Shown one piece after another: positions 58,259-64,000 of a stretch of DNA of 64,000 bases. Every line of letters starts with the position of its first letter. Positions within the stretch are counted from its first letter, which is position 1. The notes under the pieces are model-generated. The model was not told where the DNA came from. It saw only the letters and a program-made list of their open reading frames with translations, and did not search any database. The DNA comes from Omnitrophica WOR_2 bacterium RIFOXYA2_FULL_38_17 (GTDB lineage Bacteria > Omnitrophota > Gorgyraeia > Zapsychrales > Zapsychraceae): positions 13,514 through 77,513 of the forward strand of contig MHHG01000057.1 in NCBI GenBank assembly GCA_001805965.1, written 5' to 3'. The translations under genes were made by a program, and so were the position numbers.

Positions 58259-60834
58259 TAAGCGATCTCTCTCATTTCAAGCCAATTACTACCAATTTTC
58301 ACTGTTACAGTAACAGGGACAGATAATCTTAAAGGCGTTTCCATCAAACTCCTTACCAATCCAGCCACTTCATCTTGTTCTTTTTTGACAACATCAAAGA
58401 CCAATTCATCATGAACTGTTATGATCATCTCCGATTCAAGTTTTCTTTTCTCAAGATCATTTTGAATATTGATCATTGCAAGCTTCATAAGGTCAGCCGC
58501 AGAGCCCTGAACCGGTGTATTGATTGCCTGTCTTTGAGCGAATTGCCGTACTGACATATTCTTACTTCTTATCTCAGGGATATATCTTCTTCTATTCAGA
58601 AGAGTGCGGACAAATCCTTGCTCCTCACATTCTTTGATAGTATCATCCATGAATACTTTTACTTTTGGATACCGGGCAAAATACTTATCTATAAACATTT
58701 GAGCTTCTTTTTGTGATACCTCAAGGTCTTTTGACAAACCAAAGGAACTCATGCCATATACAATCCCGAAATTAACACGCTTTGCTGAATTCCTCATGTC
58801 TTTAGTCACTTTTGATTCTTCGACATCAAAGATCAGAGATGCTGTGTACTGATGCACATCTTGACCGTCATCAAATGCCTTCTTTAATGTTTCGTCTCCT
58901 GAAAGGTGCGCTAAGATTCTTAATTCAATTTGAGAATAATCTGCGGCAAGCAATATCCTGTCGTCAGACGAAGGGATTATTGCCTTTCTGATCTGAGCAC
59001 CCAACTCTGTACGTATCGGTATATTCTGAAGATTAGGGTTCCTTGAGCTCAATCTTCCTGTTTCTGTGCCATTCTGCACAAAGCTTGCATGTATCCTGCC
59101 GGAATTGCTGTCCACCAAAACTGGCAGCGCATCTATATATGTTGATTTTAGCTTTGCTAATTGCCTGTGCTCCAGGATCAGCTTCGGGAATTCATGATCT
59201 TTTGCAAGTTTAGTTAAAACACTTTCATCTGTTGAATAACCTGTTTTTGTTTTCTTAACAGCAGGGTATTTCATTTTTTCAAACAAAATAACGCTAAGCT
59301 GCTTAGGTGAATTAATATTGAACTCTTCACCGGCAATATCGAATAGGATCTTCTTCAAGTCTTCTATTTTCTTATCACAGCTTATTGAAAGCCCTTTGAG
59401 CAACTCAACATCAATCTTCACTCCGCACCTTTCCATCTTTGACAGGACTAAAGCAAGCGGGATCTCAATATCATTGAACAATGACAATAAGGACTTCTGT
59501 TCAAGCTCTCTTGAAAGCATTGGGAACAAATGATAAATATTTTCTGTTTCATGGGATATTTTATCCTGCTCCGAAACTGAAACTTTTAAATACTCCCATG
59601 ATAGATCACTTATACTATATGAAGTCCTTGAGGGATTAAGCAAATAACCTGCTAACATAACATCAAAACAGCCATTTAATTCGCAACCTTGCGAAGCTAG
59701 CGCTTTACTAGCACCTTTAATATCAAATGTTATCTTTGTTATATTTGCATCACTAAATATATCCTTCATCCCATCTATCATATCTAGCTTCAATCTAAAG
59801 ACTTTAGCTCTTCCTACTGAGAAATAAATGCTATTGCTTTCAAAAAGTTCATCAACCGTGCTACTTAAGAAGGAAACCTTACCTTGTTCCTTTATATCTT
59901 CAACAATTTCATTTATGTCTGACTTGTTTCTCAAAGAACGTATATTAATATCTTCAACCATCTTAACTTCCGACGACAACTCATCCGCCCATTTTCTAAA
60001 TTCAAGGTCTTTATATATCTCGTAGAGCAGTTTATTATCAGCCTTTTCAACCTTTAATTGATCAAGATCAAAATGAAAAGGCACTGTTGTCTCAAGGATA
60101 GCTAGCTCTTTTGAAAAAAAGGCTGATTCTTTATTTTCTTGTAGTTTTTCCCTGAGCTTTATAGGAGTTACTTCCTCAATATGCTCATATATATTTTCAA
60201 GATCATCAAATTCGCTTAAGAGCTTCTTAGCGGTTACCTCGCCGACTCCCATTACTCCCGGTAAATTATCAGATTTATCCCCTGCCAACCCTATATAATC
60301 AACAATCCTTGAAGGCTCAAATCCAAGATCCTTTTTAACATCCTCATAACTCAGCACGACATCTTTCCGTGAATTGAATATCTTTACGTTCTCGCCAAGC
60401 AACTGATACATATCTTTATCATCGCTGACAATAATTACTTCTAACCCTTCGTCAGATGCCTTATTTGAAAATGTTGCGATTATATCATCCGCCTCATATC
60501 CGCCAAGTTCAAAAATCATCAAATTATGCGCTTTAATAACATCCTTTATTATCGGTATTTGGCTTACCATATTATCAGGCATCGAAGGTCTTTGGACCTT
60601 GTACTCTGCATATTTTTCTTCCCGATATGTTTTCTTCTTAGAATCAAAGCAAACTGCCAAATAATCAGGCTTATGCTCTCTAAGTATTTTTCTCAATATA
60701 TTGCAAAAACCATATACTGCATTAGTAGCCTGGCCCTTGCTAGTGGCTAATTCTCTAATAGCGAAAAATGCCCTGTAACATAGTCCATGACCATCAATTA
60801 AAAACAATCTTGACTTATCTGTCTTGTTCATCAA
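58258..60834 (-). CDS. polA: DNA polymerase I
   Basis: 5'-3' exonuclease N-terminal domain, a 3'-5' exonuclease-like region and a family A polymerase domain (motif A DYSQIELR, motif B …RRxAKxxNFGxxYG…, motif C VHDE). Confidence 0.95.
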   Translation of the reverse strand: MMNKTDKSRLFLIDGHGLCYRAFFAIRELATSKGQATNAVYGFCNILRKILREHKPDYLAVCFDSKKKTYREEKYAEYKVQRPSMPDNMVSQIPIIKDVIKAHNLMIFELGGYEADDIIATFSNKASDEGLEVIIVSDDKDMYQLLGENVKIFNSRKDVVLSYEDVKKDLGFEPSRIVDYIGLAGDKSDNLPGVMGVGEVTAKKLLSEFDDLENIYEHIEEVTPIKLREKLQENKESAFFSKELAILETTVPFHFDLDQLKVEKADNKLLYEIYKDLEFRKWADELSSEVKMVEDINIRSLRNKSDINEIVEDIKEQGKVSFLSSTVDELFESNSIYFSVGRAKVFRLKLDMIDGMKDIFSDANITKITFDIKGASKALASQGCELNGCFDVMLAGYLLNPSRTSYSISDLSWEYLKVSVSEQDKISHETENIYHLFPMLSRELEQKSLLSLFNDIEIPLALVLSKMERCGVKIDVELLKGLSISCDKKIEDLKKILFDIAGEEFNINSPKQLSVILFEKMKYPAVKKTKTGYSTDESVLTKLAKDHEFPKLILEHRQLAKLKSTYIDALPVLVDSNSGRIHASFVQNGTETGRLSSRNPNLQNIPIRTELGAQIRKAIIPSSDDRILLAADYSQIELRILAHLSGDETLKKAFDDGQDVHQYTASLIFDVEESKVTKDMRNSAKRVNFGIVYGMSSFGLSKDLEVSQKEAQMFIDKYFARYPKVKVFMDDTIKECEEQGFVRTLLNRRRYIPEIRSKNMSVRQFAQRQAINTPVQGSAADLMKLAMINIQNDLEKRKLESEMIITVHDELVFDVVKKEQDEVAGLVRSLMETPLRLSVPVTVTVKIGSNWLEMREIA

Positions 60835-60919
60835 AATTCGATAGTTATTGTATATTTTTTATTGATCTACTATTGGATAATTTAAATTTTGTTATTGGAA
60901 AATCTATATTATTTGGAAA

Positions 60920-61780
60920 CTAAAAAGACTCATTTGGGATAATGGAGAGCACTTCTCTAAATTTATTCTTCGCCGCAACATAATTCCCCGACTCCAACAA
61001 TTGCATGGCCTGATTTGTCTTCGACGCGGCGATCTCTTTAATGAACTTAGTTGCACATTTTGTGCGTTCATCCTTGATCACAGAATCATCAGGCGATAAA
61101 GCTAACGCGTTGTCATACTCGTCAATAGCTTCATCATATCTACCATTATAGCAATAACTCCTTCCTTGTTGATAATGGGCCTTCGACCTATTTATTCTCT
61201 CTTTTAATTTTTCTTCTTCTGCTTTAACTAATTCCTGGTTGAACTTTTCAGCATCTATTCTGATAGTCCACTGCTTATACTCAGGATGTATCTTGATCAT
61301 TTCCTGCTTTGCCCTCTCAGTCCAGTGATCCTGAGAGCTTCCAAGCTCATATCGCATTTTAAAATTGCGAAAGGCATCTTCTAATTTATTTATTTTTTGG
61401 TAAAAATAAGCCAGATTCATATATGACGGCAGATATTTTTGGTCTACTTCTATGGCCTTCAAATAAAACTTCTCAGCATTTCCATCAAACCCGATTTGTT
61501 CAGAAATAATCCCTAAATCATTGAAAATAGCCGGATTCTCTAATCCTAATGCTATTGCTTTACTATAAAATGTGAATGCGTCACTGAGATTGCCCTTCTG
61601 TTGTTGCTCATAACCCTGTTCACGATATTCTTCCGCAGCCTTGAGTTTTTCATCTTCAGCTTGTGAAATATTCTGAGTTATGATTAATGATATGAAAAAT
61701 AGAAGAGTAAATAATCTAAAAAAATACTTAAAATGTTTTTTCTTGTGATTAAGCATAATATATAATTCAGACTTTGGCAA
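60920..61780 (-). CDS. TPR-repeat protein (secreted or membrane-anchored)
   Basis: N-terminal hydrophobic segment followed by several TPR units (…AEEYREQGYEQQQKGNLSDAFTFYSKAIAL…). Confidence 0.6.
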   Translation of the reverse strand: MPKSELYIMLNHKKKHFKYFFRLFTLLFFISLIITQNISQAEDEKLKAAEEYREQGYEQQQKGNLSDAFTFYSKAIALGLENPAIFNDLGIISEQIGFDGNAEKFYLKAIEVDQKYLPSYMNLAYFYQKINKLEDAFRNFKMRYELGSSQDHWTERAKQEMIKIHPEYKQWTIRIDAEKFNQELVKAEEEKLKERINRSKAHYQQGRSYCYNGRYDEAIDEYDNALALSPDDSVIKDERTKCATKFIKEIAASKTNQAMQLLESGNYVAAKNKFREVLSIIPNESF

Positions 61781-61854
61781 GAAATATTATTGATCTACTC
61801 TTGCCTTAAAAACATGACACAAAATAATTAATTAATATCCTTAGTGTTTATAAA

Positions 61855-63063
61855 CTATTGACTTACAACTTCAGGCACTTTATCAAAGTAATCGGCATCA
61901 CTACCTATTAGATTAGCCTTTTCCTTTATTAATCGCAAGTAATTATCTACTTCTTTTTCTTCATTCAGCAATACCGCCCCAACCAAGCAATCCCCGCTCA
62001 AAAACACTTCTCTAAGAGCTCCTTTTTCTTCAACAAATCTCCGTTTTTGCGAGACACCCTCAGTTCTTATAATATTGCCAATTAAAAAAATTGAAAATTC
62101 ATCATATTTCGCTGATTCAACTGGTAAAGAATAAGATCTTGTTATGCTTTCATCATTTACAACAGAAGCTACTACTTTACCGTGTTCATCAAGAGCTTCT
62201 TTATTATAAAAAACAATATCTGCTGCCTGATCTTTTATAGTAGCTATACCATCAACAGCATAAACATTATCTAAGCTAGTTTTAAAATCAGAATTGACCA
62301 TGATCCTTGTATTAAAATTAACACCGGATTCTCTTAGCAATCTTAAGTCAGCGTTGACATCAAAAATCACCATTTGAGACACAATGACCTTTTGGGATTT
62401 CAGCTTTATTGCTTTTACATCCTTTTCCCCAAGAACCTCAACGATCCTCTCATTTAAGACAATATGAATTCCTTTTTCATCAAGCTGCTTTACAATATTT
62501 CCGATAACGATATCATCAAAAATATTCGATAAAAAATTGTTCTTTTCTAAGATCAAATATACTTCTTTTCCTCTTTTTGCCAAAGCAATAGCCAAATTTA
62601 GCCCTGAAAATGAATCTGTCTGAACAGAAACAGTATCTGTTGTATCAATGGCCTTAGCTATCCCTTCTATATCTTTTAACTTTTTCATCCCAAATACGCC
62701 AACCCTTGCTTTGCCTTTAATATCAGGAAAAGCATTTAATGGGAGGTCACAAATAATCAGGACATCATAGTCGATTTGATCTTTTGCATCAGTGAAAACT
62801 TTACATCTGTTAAAATTAATCCTAGTGATCTGCCTGTCGCAAATCACGTCTATCTTATTATCCTGATAATACTTTTCGGGACGACAATACAGCTCGCTAA
62901 GCTGGACATCTTTTGACAAATAATCCGCAAACAGATTTCTATCATATGGATAAAAACCATCCACTGATAAGATCGATATTTCGTTTTCTTTATCTTTCTT
63001 TCTTATTTCCTCAGCCGCTTTAACCCCAGCTGGTGAACTGCCTATAATTAATATCTTTTTCAT
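61855..63063 (-). CDS. FAD/NAD(P)-binding pyridine nucleotide-disulfide-type oxidoreductase
   Basis: N-terminal Rossmann motif (ILIIGSSPAGVKAAEE) and a second dinucleotide-binding motif (VGVFGMKK…). Confidence 0.5.
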   Translation of the reverse strand: MKKILIIGSSPAGVKAAEEIRKKDKENEISILSVDGFYPYDRNLFADYLSKDVQLSELYCRPEKYYQDNKIDVICDRQITRINFNRCKVFTDAKDQIDYDVLIICDLPLNAFPDIKGKARVGVFGMKKLKDIEGIAKAIDTTDTVSVQTDSFSGLNLAIALAKRGKEVYLILEKNNFLSNIFDDIVIGNIVKQLDEKGIHIVLNERIVEVLGEKDVKAIKLKSQKVIVSQMVIFDVNADLRLLRESGVNFNTRIMVNSDFKTSLDNVYAVDGIATIKDQAADIVFYNKEALDEHGKVVASVVNDESITRSYSLPVESAKYDEFSIFLIGNIIRTEGVSQKRRFVEEKGALREVFLSGDCLVGAVLLNEEKEVDNYLRLIKEKANLIGSDADYFDKVPEVVSQ

Positions 63064-63077
63064 TATTTACCACTCAC

Positions 63078-63935
63078 TTATAATTGGGCTTTAAACGCCT
63101 CAATAGCATTTTTCATTAACATAACAACTGTGACCGGACCGACTCCTCCGGGAACTGGCGTTATATACGAGGCTTTTTCTTTTGCAGAGTCGTATTCAAC
63201 ATCACCAACAATTCCATTTTCACTTCTGTTAATACCGACATCTATGACTATTGCACCTTTTTTGATCATATCCCCCTTTATCAATGATGCAATGCCAACA
63301 GCAACTATCAATATATCAGCGTTCTTAACATGCCCCTCTAGCTTCCCTGCCTCACTGGTCCCAATATGACAAACTGTCACGGTCGCAAATTCTCTCAATA
63401 ATAACAAGCAAAGCGGTTTTCCCACGATAGAGCTCGAGCCCACTATCACAGCTTCTTTTCCGCGTAAATTAACGCCTGTTGACTTTATATGTTCCATGAT
63501 CGATGCAGGCGTACATGGCACTATTTTTGTTTCTCCAAGAACCATCTTTCCGATATTCGCGATGTTGATACCTTCGAGGTCCTTTATAATATCTATGTGA
63601 TTTGCAACTAAATTGTAATTGATTTGATCAGGAACAGGCTTATGGATCATAATCCCATTCACGCCCGCATCATTATTAAGGGCACAAACAAGATCTTCTA
63701 ACTTTTCTTGACGGACATCTGCTGGAATGGTTTTTAATTCATAGTTTATGCCTATATATTCGGCAACTTTTTCCTGAGACTTAGCATAGGCACAAGTTCC
63801 ATGATCTTGCCCTATGACGATATTAACCATTTTGGGGACTTTATTAAATTCCTTTTTTAGTTTCTCCACTTCACTTTTCAGAGAATCCTTTACTTTTGAC
63901 GCCAATATTTTTCCATTTAAAACACGAGCAGACAT
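63078..63935 (-). CDS. folD: bifunctional 5,10-methylene-tetrahydrofolate dehydrogenase/cyclohydrolase
   Basis: FolD motifs (…TPVPGGVGPVTV…; GINR; PCTP). Confidence 0.9.
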   Translation of the reverse strand: MSARVLNGKILASKVKDSLKSEVEKLKKEFNKVPKMVNIVIGQDHGTCAYAKSQEKVAEYIGINYELKTIPADVRQEKLEDLVCALNNDAGVNGIMIHKPVPDQINYNLVANHIDIIKDLEGINIANIGKMVLGETKIVPCTPASIMEHIKSTGVNLRGKEAVIVGSSSIVGKPLCLLLLREFATVTVCHIGTSEAGKLEGHVKNADILIVAVGIASLIKGDMIKKGAIVIDVGINRSENGIVGDVEYDSAKEKASYITPVPGGVGPVTVVMLMKNAIEAFKAQL

Positions 63936-64000
63936 CTTTTCCTTTAACTTTTTATTAGCGCTAAACTTGAGTTAAAAGCTGCAAAAAGCATCTCGATTGC

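Overview
This is an AT-rich bacterial chromosomal window, and nearly every gene lies on the minus strand. Several features point to a diderm organism: a YdbH/YnbE/YdbL-type envelope module, lipoproteins, and an ECF sigma/anti-sigma pair. I found no rRNA, tRNA, CRISPR array, transposase or integrase.

The right third (about 48.3-64 kb) is a conserved housekeeping block: trpF-trpC-trpD-trpG, murA, prmC, prfA, rpmE, rho, coaE, glgA, polA, a TPR protein, a flavoprotein oxidoreductase and folD.

The left two thirds are accessory and membrane-oriented. The most unusual feature is three GEMM-I (c-di-GMP class I) riboswitch-like leaders on the minus strand, at about 38.8, 42.1 and 46.4 kb. Each is followed by an intrinsic terminator and then by secreted or membrane genes: a CBS protein plus an LtaS-like sulfatase-GDPD fusion; an NHL-repeat beta-propeller plus a Cys-rich lipoprotein; and a paralogous pair of bitopic membrane proteins flanking a multi-zinc-ribbon protein. 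The third copy has a divergent core and an expanded P3 stem. A PilZ-domain protein lies nearby, so this looks like a compact c-di-GMP-controlled envelope regulon.

Other notable points:
- A tightly overlapping four-gene operon (SpeH-like pyruvoyl decarboxylase, FemAB/GNAT-fold transferase, ATP-grasp ligase, fold-III PLP decarboxylase) suggests an undescribed small amine/amide biosynthetic pathway.
- An ECF sigma / anti-sigma(VWA) / CPBP-protease unit carries a duplicated 48-bp sigW/sigX-type promoter (TGTAAC-N16-CGTA), next to an M50-like HExxH membrane protein.
- A sensor kinase lacks its ATPase domain, and its stop codon overlaps the start of a frameshifted ubiE/menG remnant.
- Three unusual domain fusions occur: RcnA with a periplasmic N-terminal domain, an ABC-2 permease with YwqK/MORN repeats, and LtaS-like plus GDPD.

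All calls rest on motif reading of the supplied translations and manual inspection of the nucleotide sequence. No database search was possible.
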